Positions 17,644 through 26,768 of a DNA stretch of 63,411 nucleotides are shown here, piece by piece. Position numbers and translations under genes: made by a program. The notes beneath the pieces were generated by a model. That model searched no databases, had not been told where the DNA came from, and worked only from the letters and a program-made list of their open reading frames with translations. Numbering within the stretch: position 1 is the stretch's first letter; each line of letters starts with the position of its first letter. The DNA comes from Candidatus Babeliales bacterium (GTDB lineage: Bacteria > Patescibacteriota > Saccharimonadia > Saccharimonadales > UBA10212), in NCBI GenBank assembly GCA_035479215.1, contig DATIIZ010000012.1:1-63411 (forward strand). The letters are read 5' to 3'.

Positions 17644-17657
17644 ATGTTCGAGCGATA

Positions 17658-17987
17658 TTACATTTTGATTTCGGCGTCGCAGCCGGCGGGAAGAGATAGA
17701 TTCATAAGAGAATCGATAGTCTTGGGGGTTGGGTCGGATATATCAATCAGGCGCTTATGAACTCTCATTTCGAACTGTTCGCGGCCTTTTTTATAGACGT
17801 GGGGGCTTTTAACCACAGTGAACGTGCTTTTGCGAGTCGGCAAAGGGATCGGGCCGGAAATCTTGGCGCCTGTGCGCAGGGCAGTATCGACAATCTGTTT
17901 AGCCGACTGGTCAATGACCTTATGGTCATAGGCCTTAAGGCGGATACGTATGCGCTGCTTAACTTCTGGTTCTTTAGTTTCTGCCAT
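17658..17987 (-). CDS. rpsJ: 30S ribosomal protein S10
   Basis: [27 protein letters not shown]...GPIPLPT motif. Confidence 0.97.
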   Translation of the reverse strand: MAETKEPEVKQRIRIRLKAYDHKVIDQSAKQIVDTALRTGAKISGPIPLPTRKSTFTVVKSPHVYKKGREQFEMRVHKRLIDISDPTPKTIDSLMNLSLPAGCDAEIKM

Positions 17988-17992
17988 AAGTG

Positions 17993-18277
17993 TTAGCCTT
18001 CTCTTATCGATTTTGCTGCGTCTCGAATAATTTTTCTAGCGGTTTCACGGAAAACAACAGATGCTGGGTCTGCTGTATATCTTTTTGCGGTGACAACAGA
18101 AGATTCGCCAGGCTGACATTCGACATCGCTAAAACTCGCTAGAACGTTTCCAAGCCCTGTATCTTCTTCGGATTCAATCCTACCAAAACCTAAGCTATCG
18201 AGATAGAAAGTTCTTCCGTAACCACCAGGGATTTCGTATAGGTCCGATAGAAGAACTTGTTCGTTTCGTCTAGGCAT
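17993..18277 (-). CDS. Orphan small ORF (94 aa) filling the tuf|rpsJ junction
   Basis: The ATG overlaps the tuf stop (TAATG at 18275..18279) and the stop lies 5 nt before the rpsJ ATG. The rpsJ SD, AGAAGG (17997..18002), sits in its last codons. Acidic, no recognisable family. Confidence 0.6.
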   Translation of the reverse strand: MPRRNEQVLLSDLYEIPGGYGRTFYLDSLGFGRIESEEDTGLGNVLASFSDVECQPGESSVVTAKRYTADPASVVFRETARKIIRDAAKSIREG

Positions 18278-19461
18278 TATTTTGTGACTTTAGTGACAAC
18301 ACCAGCGCCGACGGTACGGCCGCCTTCGCGAATAGCAAAGCGCAGGCCTTGGTCCATAGCGATGGGCTGGAGCAGTTTAACCTTAAAAGTAATTGTGTCG
18401 CCAGGCATGACCATTTCTTTGTCAGCTGGTAGTTCGACTTCCCCGGTCACATCGGTTGTCCGGAAGTAAAACTGTGGTTTGTAGCCCTTAAAGAAGGGTG
18501 TGTGACGGCCGCCTTCTTCTTTGGTAAGAATGTAAACTTCGGCGTCAAATTCGGTGTGCGGAGTGATAGAACCGGGCTTAGCCAGAACCTGACCACGCTC
18601 GATGTCATCACGCTCAATACCACGGAGCAATACGCCGACATTGTCGCCGGCTTGGCCTTGGTCGAGGTTCTTTTTGAACATTTCGACACCGGTTACAACT
18701 GTTTTCTTAGTTGGTCGTATACCGACGATTTCAACTTCTTCGTTAACCTTGACGATACCCAGCTCAACTCGACCAGTAGCCACAGTGCCGCGGCCTTTGA
18801 TTGAGAAAACATCTTCGATAGGCATTAAGAAAGGCTTTTCTAGATCACGGACTGGTTCTGGGATGTAATCATCCATAGCCTTGACCAATTCCATAACGGC
18901 ATCTTCATCTGAAGCACTACCTTCTAGGGCCTTTGTAGCAGAACCTTTGATGATCGGAGCTTCTCGGTCAAATTCATACTTAGCGAGCAGGTCTCGGACA
19001 TCTTCCTCAACCAGTTCAACTAGTTCGGCGTCTGCCAGGTCCATCTTGTTTAGAAAAACAAGAATCTTAGGAACACCTACTTGGCGGGCTAGCAAAACGT
19101 GTTCTCGGGTCTGGGGCATCGGGCCATCAGCCGCCGAAACGACCAAAATAGCACCGTCAATCTGAGCGGCACCGGTAATCATGTTCTTTACGTAGTCGGC
19201 GTGTCCGGGCATATCTACGTGGGCGTAGTGACGCTTTTCGCTTTCGTACTCCTGGTGAGATGTAGCGATAGTTATGCCGCGGGCCTTTTCCTCGGGAGCA
19301 TTATCAATCTGATCATAAGCAATAGGTTTGTTGATAGGGCTGGGAAGCTTTTTTGCTAATACAGCGGTAATAGCTGCGGTTAGGGTTGTTTTGCCGTGGT
19401 CGACGTGACCCATGGTGCCGACATTGACATGTGGCTTACTTCGGTCGAATTGTTCTGCCAT
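18277..19461 (-). CDS. tuf: Elongation factor Tu
   Basis: [22 protein letters not shown] and full-length EF-Tu similarity. SD AAGGAG. Confidence 0.99.
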   Translation of the reverse strand: MAEQFDRSKPHVNVGTMGHVDHGKTTLTAAITAVLAKKLPSPINKPIAYDQIDNAPEEKARGITIATSHQEYESEKRHYAHVDMPGHADYVKNMITGAAQIDGAILVVSAADGPMPQTREHVLLARQVGVPKILVFLNKMDLADAELVELVEEDVRDLLAKYEFDREAPIIKGSATKALEGSASDEDAVMELVKAMDDYIPEPVRDLEKPFLMPIEDVFSIKGRGTVATGRVELGIVKVNEEVEIVGIRPTKKTVVTGVEMFKKNLDQGQAGDNVGVLLRGIERDDIERGQVLAKPGSITPHTEFDAEVYILTKEEGGRHTPFFKGYKPQFYFRTTDVTGEVELPADKEMVMPGDTITFKVKLLQPIAMDQGLRFAIREGGRTVGAGVVTKVTK

Positions 19462-19532
19462 AAGGTAACTCCTTAAGATTTAGTTTATACATCTAGCATA
19501 GTTAGCAATAGCCACCTACACGATCTGAGGTA

Positions 19533-19562
19533 ATTATAAGGGTAAAAGGACAGATTTGTAAA
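19533..19562 (-). promoter_or_regulatory. Candidate promoter for tuf
   Basis: Minus strand: TTTACA (19557..19562), 18 nt, TATAAT (19533..19538), about 70 nt upstream of the tuf ATG. Confidence 0.4.
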
Positions 19563-19566
19563 GAGG

Positions 19567-20568
19567 TCAAACCATAGTTGCATTAATCAATTCATCTACG
19601 GTTTTCATAACGACACCGTTGCTTTGCAGAATAGTCTTCATTATAGGTGCTCGTTTCTGCAATTTACTTAATTTGTTACCTGGGCCGGTCTCATAAAATT
19701 CACGGTATCCGTCCGCTACAACAGCTAGTACACTGCCGTTCCACTTAACTCTTTCTGTCATTCCGCCGATGTCGGCCCTGACATCGCCTAAGTTTCTCAA
19801 TAGATCTACAGTCCTGCTTGAGAAAACTGAAAGATTAGCAGGAGCATGAATTTTCTCGACAGGAATGTGAAAATTACCCACTCGTTTACCGTGGACAAGA
19901 GCTGACATTTTTTCAGCAGCAATGGCAACCATCGGAGTATGCGGTGCGCCTGATTTTACACCTTTAAGTTTGAAAAATATTCCGCCTTCGGCTTCTATTT
20001 CAGCTTGTGATTTGTCTACTCCTTCCTCCTCGCCACTAATGATAATCTCAGTATCGGAGTTCTCATTAGCAACCCAAATTCCATACTTTCTGCAGATTTC
20101 GGATAAACGCTCTTCCGCCAAATGAAAAACAGCCGCCATAGCTCCTGGCTTTTCTTGAGCCGCCTCATACATAAATTGCCCGCGGGCTATAACTAAATCG
20201 AGTCCGGTGGTAGTATCGAATACCTCGTCATCGTGCATGGCTGCGAACATCCCAAAACTGTGGTACATACGACGAGAAGCATCCCTTTCTAGAACATTTC
20301 TTAGAGCTGTTGAGCCAACAATGCTTGAAATGAATGTTGCCGGCTGAGCCATTTTAGTATCTACAAGCTCTTCCTTGGGACCTTCTGTCATAATTTTTTT
20401 GACACTCTTACCTAATCTCTCACTTGCATATTCAGTTGCAAATTCAAACAATTCTCTCGCTTCAGAGACATGTCTAATCGCTCTTATATGACTTCCTGGC
20501 TCAATACTCCCTTGGCCGGGATACATAAAAGCTGTTCTTGGTGATTTCTCAAAATCAGTCTTTACCAT
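19567..20568 (-). CDS. FabD-like acyltransferase (malonyl-CoA:ACP transacylase family)
   Basis: Aligns by eye to E. coli FabD along its length: FMYPGQGS, MAQPATF, the nucleophile elbow YHSFG (GHSLG in FabD), ARGQFMYEA...PGAMAAV, APHTPMV, VKWNGSV, YETGPGNKLSKLQKR. Confidence 0.8.
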   Translation of the reverse strand: MVKTDFEKSPRTAFMYPGQGSIEPGSHIRAIRHVSEARELFEFATEYASERLGKSVKKIMTEGPKEELVDTKMAQPATFISSIVGSTALRNVLERDASRRMYHSFGMFAAMHDDEVFDTTTGLDLVIARGQFMYEAAQEKPGAMAAVFHLAEERLSEICRKYGIWVANENSDTEIIISGEEEGVDKSQAEIEAEGGIFFKLKGVKSGAPHTPMVAIAAEKMSALVHGKRVGNFHIPVEKIHAPANLSVFSSRTVDLLRNLGDVRADIGGMTERVKWNGSVLAVVADGYREFYETGPGNKLSKLQKRAPIMKTILQSNGVVMKTVDELINATMV

Positions 20569-20588
20569 TTGAATTAATCCAATAAGTA

Positions 20589-21623
20589 TCAGTTAGAAGA
20601 CTTGATGACTCTTCTATACGCATGGATGTAGTCGCGGGTCATATTCTGGTAGTTGAATTTTTTGCGCGTCCATTTAGCTACGTAATTCCTGTCGAGATTG
20701 AATAATTCGTCCATGTAGTTATAACCCTCCACGAAGTCTTCGACTAGGAATCCAGTTTTCCTGTCTTCGATGAGTTCTGGCATAGAAGCCTTTTTTATGG
20801 CCATCGTAGGCGTACCGCAATAAGCTGCTTCTATGACTGTCAGTCCAAATGGCTCACGGCGGCTCAACAGAGGATGAAGATTACACTTGGCATTTGCTGC
20901 CAATTTTATGCCCTCTTCTCTGGAGACTTCACCTAAGTATTCTACCAGTGGGTTCTTTAGGTGGGGTTTTATATACTGTTTAAAGTAATCGTAGCCTTCT
21001 AGGTCGAGCTTGCCGGCCAGTTTTATCTTCATTCCCATCGCCAACGCCAGTTGAATAGCCAAGTGAGGCGATTTATCAAAATCAAAGCGGCCGATAAAGC
21101 ACATATAGTTCTTGGGTTTTTCAACGAAAGGAAAAGTTGACGGATCAAGGCCGTTATATGCTACGCCCACAAAATTCATTCCGGGGAATGTCTGCTGTTG
21201 ATTGTGAGAGATGCTGATGAAAGGCAGATCCCGCCGCTTGGAATAGTAGTCGTAATTATCGAAATCTATATGGCCGTGTAGCGTGGTGACATTAGGATAT
21301 TGCTGGAAATCTTTAAGGTCAAAATCGTGGGAGTGGATTATATCGACATGAGGAGCCAGTTTTTTGAGTTCAGCCTTAGTTTTTTGAAGAGATAGGGCGA
21401 TCCGAGTCCGGAAATAGACTGTATCCTTTTTGGGGAAAGGCATGGATTTCTTAACTATCGGTATCAATTCGCAATCGACTTTGGAGTCACCCGGTGCCAA
21501 TAGTATTGGCTCATGCCCTTTTTCGATAAGACCCTTGATGAGATATTCAATAACTCTCTCTGTGCCACCGTAGGCAGGTGGTGGAACTGGATAGTAGGGG
21601 TTGCCGACTATTGCGATTCTCAT
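20589..21623 (-). CDS. Glycosyltransferase, GT-B fold, family 4-like
   Basis: N-terminal GG(T)ERV-type motif (YGGTERVIEYL) and C-terminal E-x7-E (EPFGLTVIE). Confidence 0.8.
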   Translation of the reverse strand: MRIAIVGNPYYPVPPPAYGGTERVIEYLIKGLIEKGHEPILLAPGDSKVDCELIPIVKKSMPFPKKDTVYFRTRIALSLQKTKAELKKLAPHVDIIHSHDFDLKDFQQYPNVTTLHGHIDFDNYDYYSKRRDLPFISISHNQQQTFPGMNFVGVAYNGLDPSTFPFVEKPKNYMCFIGRFDFDKSPHLAIQLALAMGMKIKLAGKLDLEGYDYFKQYIKPHLKNPLVEYLGEVSREEGIKLAANAKCNLHPLLSRREPFGLTVIEAAYCGTPTMAIKKASMPELIEDRKTGFLVEDFVEGYNYMDELFNLDRNYVAKWTRKKFNYQNMTRDYIHAYRRVIKSSN

Positions 21624-21626
21624 GGA

Positions 21627-23150
21627 TTATTTCTCCTCATTATTAATCTCGTACGGATAAGCCGGGTACCGGGCGGAGAGCTCTCTGGAAAAGCGCATCC
21701 GATGGACTAATGGAATATGCTGAAGTACTTCTTTTTCCAGTTCGGCCTGCCAAGGCTCTTGATGTGTATGCCGGGAAGATAACCTGCGGCGATGATTCTG
21801 AATAGCCAAGATAGCCGAGACCGTCCAGGCTTGGACGCGTTCAGGACGGTTATTACTATCTACTAACACCAGCTCCCCGTGTGATTTCGATGAAGAAGGT
21901 ATACCCAGTATACGGCCTCTAGGGTCGACATAGATAAATTCCGGATAACTTCTAATTGCCCTTATGACGTTCAGGAGTCGGTTCTCCAGCTCCCGGGATA
22001 AGGCTGAAAAGCCTTGTCGCCGAAGTCCCTTGGCGATATCATATGTCTCTTTAGGCCAGGTTACATAGGAGCCGTGGTAGTCCCAAAAATGGACCAGCCT
22101 AGCTTCGCTAAGAGCCCGGCTGCGGATACCGGCATCGGTTAAAAAGTCTGTGCCCATTATCTCGCGGACTATTCCAGAGACGAACTCTTTCTTATCTTCT
22201 AGCGGTAATTCTTCAAAAAACAGGCTGTCCAGCAATTCTGCCGGGTTGGCCGTTATGGTAGTTATGACTCGTAGGTTATTTTGATCATCATAATCTGTGC
22301 CAAGTGCAAAGTAATTACGCCGAGGCTGCCATAGAAGTTCGATAGTTCTTTTTTGAATTTTTTCGGCATGGGTATCCAAAACTGTTTTTTTAGAAGGTAG
22401 GAGTTCAGCCGCATGTTTAAAGGCATCATATGTCAGGCCCTGGATCTCTATAGAAGAAATAGGGTGGCTATGGCTAGCCATTTTCCCGTCCTCGTGGATA
22501 TAGAATTCGTTTGAGTCTTTCCAAACCTGATTTTCTATGCCGTGAGGATTCTTGCGATGGTATTCCAGCAAGCCGCTGCGGGATGAACTTACGGTACTTA
22601 CCAGCCATTCAATGGCATCATCCATGACACTGAGCACCGACTTGACCTGGCCGCTCCTTAAAACGACCTCCTCAGCTAAAATTTCCATGCCGTAGGCTTG
22701 GCAGTAAGCGGCTAATACTTTTATAAAATGCGGAGTAGAATCTACGGCGCCGTAATAGGCCAAACAATTTTCGTTACCGCCCCAAATCGTAGCCAGCCGT
22801 TCATAGATATCCATCGAAATCTTATTTATAGGCTTACCATCAACTTCCGGAGTCCGGTATTCATGGATTATTTTGCCAGGTTCTTCCTCGTTGTCTTTGT
22901 TTTGTTTTTCTCCCTGCAGACTAGATAAAGTAAGCAGGATCTTCTCGACTAGTTTCGGCTTAATGTAAAGTAGATCTTCAGCGACTTCTAGAGAATCGCG
23001 GCCAAAAACAGCACCCCGAAATAACCTGTCTGAGCTAGCATATATGCCTAAGCCACTCTTAGATGTCACACTCCTGAGGGCTTGGGTGGGCGGTACTACA
23101 ACTTTAGGCAGGGGCAACGCTCTAGGCAGTTGCTTGATAATTCTCCTCAT
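21627..23150 (-). CDS. Amylo-alpha-1,6-glucosidase / glycogen-debranching-enzyme-like (GDE_C family) glycoside hydrolase
   Basis: Family-typical motifs FGRDSLEVAEDL, EPGKIIHEY, YYGAVDSTPHFI, NQVWKDS, EIQGLTYDA. Confidence 0.7.
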   Translation of the reverse strand: MRRIIKQLPRALPLPKVVVPPTQALRSVTSKSGLGIYASSDRLFRGAVFGRDSLEVAEDLLYIKPKLVEKILLTLSSLQGEKQNKDNEEEPGKIIHEYRTPEVDGKPINKISMDIYERLATIWGGNENCLAYYGAVDSTPHFIKVLAAYCQAYGMEILAEEVVLRSGQVKSVLSVMDDAIEWLVSTVSSSRSGLLEYHRKNPHGIENQVWKDSNEFYIHEDGKMASHSHPISSIEIQGLTYDAFKHAAELLPSKKTVLDTHAEKIQKRTIELLWQPRRNYFALGTDYDDQNNLRVITTITANPAELLDSLFFEELPLEDKKEFVSGIVREIMGTDFLTDAGIRSRALSEARLVHFWDYHGSYVTWPKETYDIAKGLRRQGFSALSRELENRLLNVIRAIRSYPEFIYVDPRGRILGIPSSSKSHGELVLVDSNNRPERVQAWTVSAILAIQNHRRRLSSRHTHQEPWQAELEKEVLQHIPLVHRMRFSRELSARYPAYPYEINNEEK

Positions 23151-23200
23151 ATTTGCACCACTATAATAACTCCTAAACTGCCCGGCTGTGAACTAGGTCA

Positions 23201-25288
23201 CTATTTCCCAGATTTTGAAATAATGTTTTGGGTTACGTTCGGTGGTACATCTTGATAATGGTCAAGCTCCATGCTGGAACTGGCCCGCCCCTGGGTCATA
23301 CTACGCAGATTAGTAGTGTAACCGAACATTTCACCCAGAGGTACAAAGGCCGTGACTTCTTTTATACCAGGGCTAAGGTCTTCCATCGATTCTACCCGTC
23401 CGCGCTTGGAATTCAGGTCGCCGATAACGTCGCCCATAAAGTCTTCAGGTGTTACAACGACCACTTTCATAATCGGCTCCAGCAGTACGGGTGCGGCTTT
23501 TTTCACACCTTCCTGGAGCGCCATCGAACCAGCGATTTTAAAAGCCATCTCGGATGAGTCGACATCGTGGTATGAGCCATCATAAAGCTCGGCTGTGATA
23601 TCTACTACCGGGTAGCCGGCGATGACGCCATTGGCCATGGCTTCTTCTATACCGGAACGCACAGCGGGGATATATTCACTTGGAACGGCACCGCCTTTGA
23701 TGCTGTTTTTAAATTCAAAGCCCTTGCCAGCTTCATTCTGGGATAATCTGAGCCAGACGTGCCCGTATTGGCCACGGCCGCCGGTTTGGCGGATGTATTT
23801 ACCTTCTTGCTCAACCGCATCCTTGCGGATAGTTTCCCGATAAGCAACCTGTGGCTGGCCGATGTTGGCTTCGACGGTGAATTCGCGCTTCATTCGATCG
23901 ACGATAATCTCCAGGTGCAGCTCACCCATGCCGGAGATGATTGTCTGGCCAGTCTCATGGTCGACTTTGATGCGGAATGTCGGATCTTCTTCGGCCAGTC
24001 GCTGCAGGGCGATACTCATTTTTTCCTGGTCGGCTTTTGTTTTGGGCTCGATAGCGATGCTAACAGGCGGGTCCGGGAAGGTAATACTTTCAAGCACGAT
24101 CGGGCTGTTTGGATCACACAGGGTATTTCCGGTCGTAGTGCTCTTTAGCCCGACAATAGCAGCGATGTCCCCAGCCTCCACCTCTGTTACATCTTCACGT
24201 TTATCGGCATGCAGCCGGACGATGCGGCCGACACGTTCTTTTTCGCCGTTAGAACTGTTAAGTATATAACTGCCGGCTGTGACTTTTCCAGAATAGACCC
24301 TGAAGAAGGCCAGTTTTCCGACGAAGGGGTCAGCAGAGATTTTAAAAGCCAGGGCAGCGAATGGTTCCGCTGGATTTGGTTTACGTTCGATTTCATCGCC
24401 GTTTTTTGGATTAACTCCCCAAGTTGAGCCCCGATCCAGCGGATGCGGCAGAAAGTCATTTATAGAATCAAGCAGTTTCTCAACTATCACACCTCGGCCA
24501 TCGCCTCCTGTTACAACGAAGAATTTTCCGGAAAGGATGGCCGTGCGGATCGCCTGCTTGATTTCGTCAGCGGATAAGCCTTCTTCGCCGACTTCAAAGT
24601 ATTTTTCGAGCATTTGTTCGTCTTCCGCTACCGCATTTTCTATCAACAGGCTGCGGTATTTTTTGACCTGGTCGGCCATATCTTCCGGAACTTCGCCTTC
24701 GACCAGATTCTTATCTGTAAAATCCTTGTAGGTGTAGCTTTTCATGGTAATAAGGTCGACGACGCCAGAAATGCCTTGCTCGAAACCAATCGGTAGATGA
24801 ATTGGAAAGGCCCGTTTGTTTAGACGGTGGTGGATACTATCTAAGCTCTTATAAAAATCGCCGCCGGTTTGATTGATTTTATTAATAAAACAGATGCGGG
24901 GTACGCCGTATTTATCGGCTTGGCGCCAAACTGTTTCCGACTGGCTTTCGACGCCCATTTTGCCATCAAACACGACTACCGCGCCATCGAGTACTCGTAG
25001 CGAACGCTCTACCTCGACAGTGAAGTCAATGTGGCCGGGAGTGTCGATAATATTGATTTTGTGGTCTTTCCAAAAGCAAGTAACTGCGGCGGCGGTTATG
25101 GTGATGCCTCGTTCTTTTTCTTGGGCCATCCAGTCGGTTGTAGTTTCGCCTTCATGCACCGCGCCGATTTTGTGTTTTAAACCGGTACGGTAAAGAATAC
25201 CTTCTGTAGTGGTGGTTTTGCCGGCGTCAATATGGGCAATAATACCGATGTTGCGCAACTTTTCTAATTGGTATTTTTTATCTGCCAT
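23201..25288 (-). CDS. fusA: Elongation factor G
   Basis: [24 protein letters not shown] and full-length EF-G similarity. Confidence 0.99.
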   Translation of the reverse strand: MADKKYQLEKLRNIGIIAHIDAGKTTTTEGILYRTGLKHKIGAVHEGETTTDWMAQEKERGITITAAAVTCFWKDHKINIIDTPGHIDFTVEVERSLRVLDGAVVVFDGKMGVESQSETVWRQADKYGVPRICFINKINQTGGDFYKSLDSIHHRLNKRAFPIHLPIGFEQGISGVVDLITMKSYTYKDFTDKNLVEGEVPEDMADQVKKYRSLLIENAVAEDEQMLEKYFEVGEEGLSADEIKQAIRTAILSGKFFVVTGGDGRGVIVEKLLDSINDFLPHPLDRGSTWGVNPKNGDEIERKPNPAEPFAALAFKISADPFVGKLAFFRVYSGKVTAGSYILNSSNGEKERVGRIVRLHADKREDVTEVEAGDIAAIVGLKSTTTGNTLCDPNSPIVLESITFPDPPVSIAIEPKTKADQEKMSIALQRLAEEDPTFRIKVDHETGQTIISGMGELHLEIIVDRMKREFTVEANIGQPQVAYRETIRKDAVEQEGKYIRQTGGRGQYGHVWLRLSQNEAGKGFEFKNSIKGGAVPSEYIPAVRSGIEEAMANGVIAGYPVVDITAELYDGSYHDVDSSEMAFKIAGSMALQEGVKKAAPVLLEPIMKVVVVTPEDFMGDVIGDLNSKRGRVESMEDLSPGIKEVTAFVPLGEMFGYTTNLRSMTQGRASSSMELDHYQDVPPNVTQNIISKSGK

Positions 25289-25541
25289 CTCGGGTGTTTA
25301 CCTTCAGCTCTTTCCTCATTTGATACAGTTCTCGAGTGTGTGGAGCTAAAATAGCTAGTTCATATGCCATTCGGCCTATTAATTTTATGCCAGCACCCAT
25401 GGATTGAAACGATTCGGGGTGAAAAATACCAAAACCAAAAGTTCTAATAGCTCTGTCTGTCACTCTGTTACTTAGCTCTACGTAAGAAGTATGCTCTTCG
25501 AGAACCTTTTTTATTCTCTCACCGTGAGTTTCTAGTTCCAT
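25278..25541 (-). CDS. Orphan small ORF (87 aa) filling the rpsG|fusA junction
   Basis: The ATG at 25541 is 3 nt after the rpsG stop. Its 3' end overlaps the fusA start by 11 nt. Hand-counted GC is 107/264 (about 41 percent) against about 57 percent in the first 120 nt of adjacent rpsG. No recognisable family. Confidence 0.6.
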   Translation of the reverse strand: MELETHGERIKKVLEEHTSYVELSNRVTDRAIRTFGFGIFHPESFQSMGAGIKLIGRMAYELAILAPHTRELYQMRKELKVNTRDGR

Positions 25542-25544
25542 GAA

Positions 25545-26024
25545 CTACGTCCTAGCAAAGTGGGCGAAGGCCCGGTTGGCTTCGGCCATACGGTGGGTGT
25601 CTTCGCGTTTTTTAACGGCGCCGCCGGTGCTGTTATAAGCATCAACTAACTCTAGGGCGATGCGGTCTTCCATACTCATGCCAGACCTAGCCCGGGCGGC
25701 CTCGACAAACCACATAACTGTTAGATGCTGCTGGCGCTGGCCTTTTACTTCGAAAGGTATCTGGTAATTAGCGCCACCGACGCGTCGGGAGCGGGTTTCG
25801 AGGTGCGGCTGGACATTCTTCATGGCCTGCTCAAAAACTTCTAGCGGATTTTGGACCTTAAGCTTATCGGCTGCTTTTTGCATACCGCCATAAACTAACC
25901 GCTCGGCTATCTGTTTTTTACCATCCTGCATAACCCGGTTGATTAGTTTCTGTACAGCAGTACTGTTGTAGATACGATCGGGCTGGACTTCGCGCACGAG
26001 GCTTTTAGTCTTATGCCGCGGCAT
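25545..26024 (-). CDS. rpsG: 30S ribosomal protein S7
   Basis: MPRHKTK...PD..Y start and the C-terminal AHRMAEANRAFAHF. ATG at 26024 with SD GGAG (26031..26034). The ORF-track start at 26027 is a GTG one codon upstream. Confidence 0.97.
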   Translation of the reverse strand: MPRHKTKSLVREVQPDRIYNSTAVQKLINRVMQDGKKQIAERLVYGGMQKAADKLKVQNPLEVFEQAMKNVQPHLETRSRRVGGANYQIPFEVKGQRQQHLTVMWFVEAARARSGMSMEDRIALELVDAYNSTGGAVKKREDTHRMAEANRAFAHFART

Positions 26025-26310
26025 CACTATCTCCAGTTCCTAAAAAATCTGCTACTGTAAAGTCTACAAATGGATCTTTTCTTATCCTGTACATTTGCAT
26101 CTGAGCCATGCCGCTTAATACACTGCCGTCATCGAATTTACGGAGTACACTTCCGGCATTACCACCGTCCCACAGTTCGCGCATTTCCCTTAAGTCTTCG
26201 ATATCTTGTCTCTGGTCTTCTTTTTGAGTCGTGGGATCTTCGATGCCATCAAGAAACCCAAGCAAATCTTCGTCCATTGGTAATGCCCCACCAGACTCAA
26301 CGGAACTCAT
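26011..26310 (-). CDS. Orphan small acidic ORF (99 aa) filling the rpsL|rpsG junction
   Basis: The ATG overlaps the rpsL stop (TAATG at 26308..26312). Its 3' end overlaps the rpsG start by 14 nt and contains the rpsG SD. Very D/E-rich, no recognisable family. Confidence 0.6.
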   Translation of the reverse strand: MSSVESGGALPMDEDLLGFLDGIEDPTTQKEDQRQDIEDLREMRELWDGGNAGSVLRKFDDGSVLSGMAQMQMYRIRKDPFVDFTVADFLGTGDSDAAA

Positions 26311-26720
26311 TATTTCGGCCTCTTGCTACCGTATTTGGAGCGGCCCTGTTTGCGGTTTTGGACACCTTGTAAATCTAAATTACCCCTGACAATGTGGTAG
26401 CGGACACCGGGAAGGTCTTTGACCCGGCCGCCGCGGACTAATACTACGGCGTGCTCCTGCAAGTTATGGCCCTCGCCGCCAATGTAGGCCCAGACTTCGT
26501 GACCGTTAGTCAGGCGGACACGAGCAACTTTTCGCAAAGCCGAGTTCGGTTTCTTGGGAGTTTTGGTAGTAACCCGAACACATACACCCCTTTTGAAAGG
26601 CGAGTGCTTTTCATAGCTCTTAGTCTTGAGATTATTTACTACACGGTCAAGAGCCGGGGACCCCGACTTTTTTGAGGTATTAGCACGTGGCTTTCTGACA
26701 AGCTGATTGATGGTTGGCAT
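26310..26720 (-). CDS. rpsL: 30S ribosomal protein S12
   Basis: [11 protein letters not shown] start, [17 protein letters not shown], and [13 protein letters not shown]. Confidence 0.99.
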   Translation of the reverse strand: MPTINQLVRKPRANTSKKSGSPALDRVVNNLKTKSYEKHSPFKRGVCVRVTTKTPKKPNSALRKVARVRLTNGHEVWAYIGGEGHNLQEHAVVLVRGGRVKDLPGVRYHIVRGNLDLQGVQNRKQGRSKYGSKRPK

Positions 26721-26768
26721 ATTACTCTTTAAAACTCCTTGGAGATTCAGTGGTTAAGTCTAGCAAAA

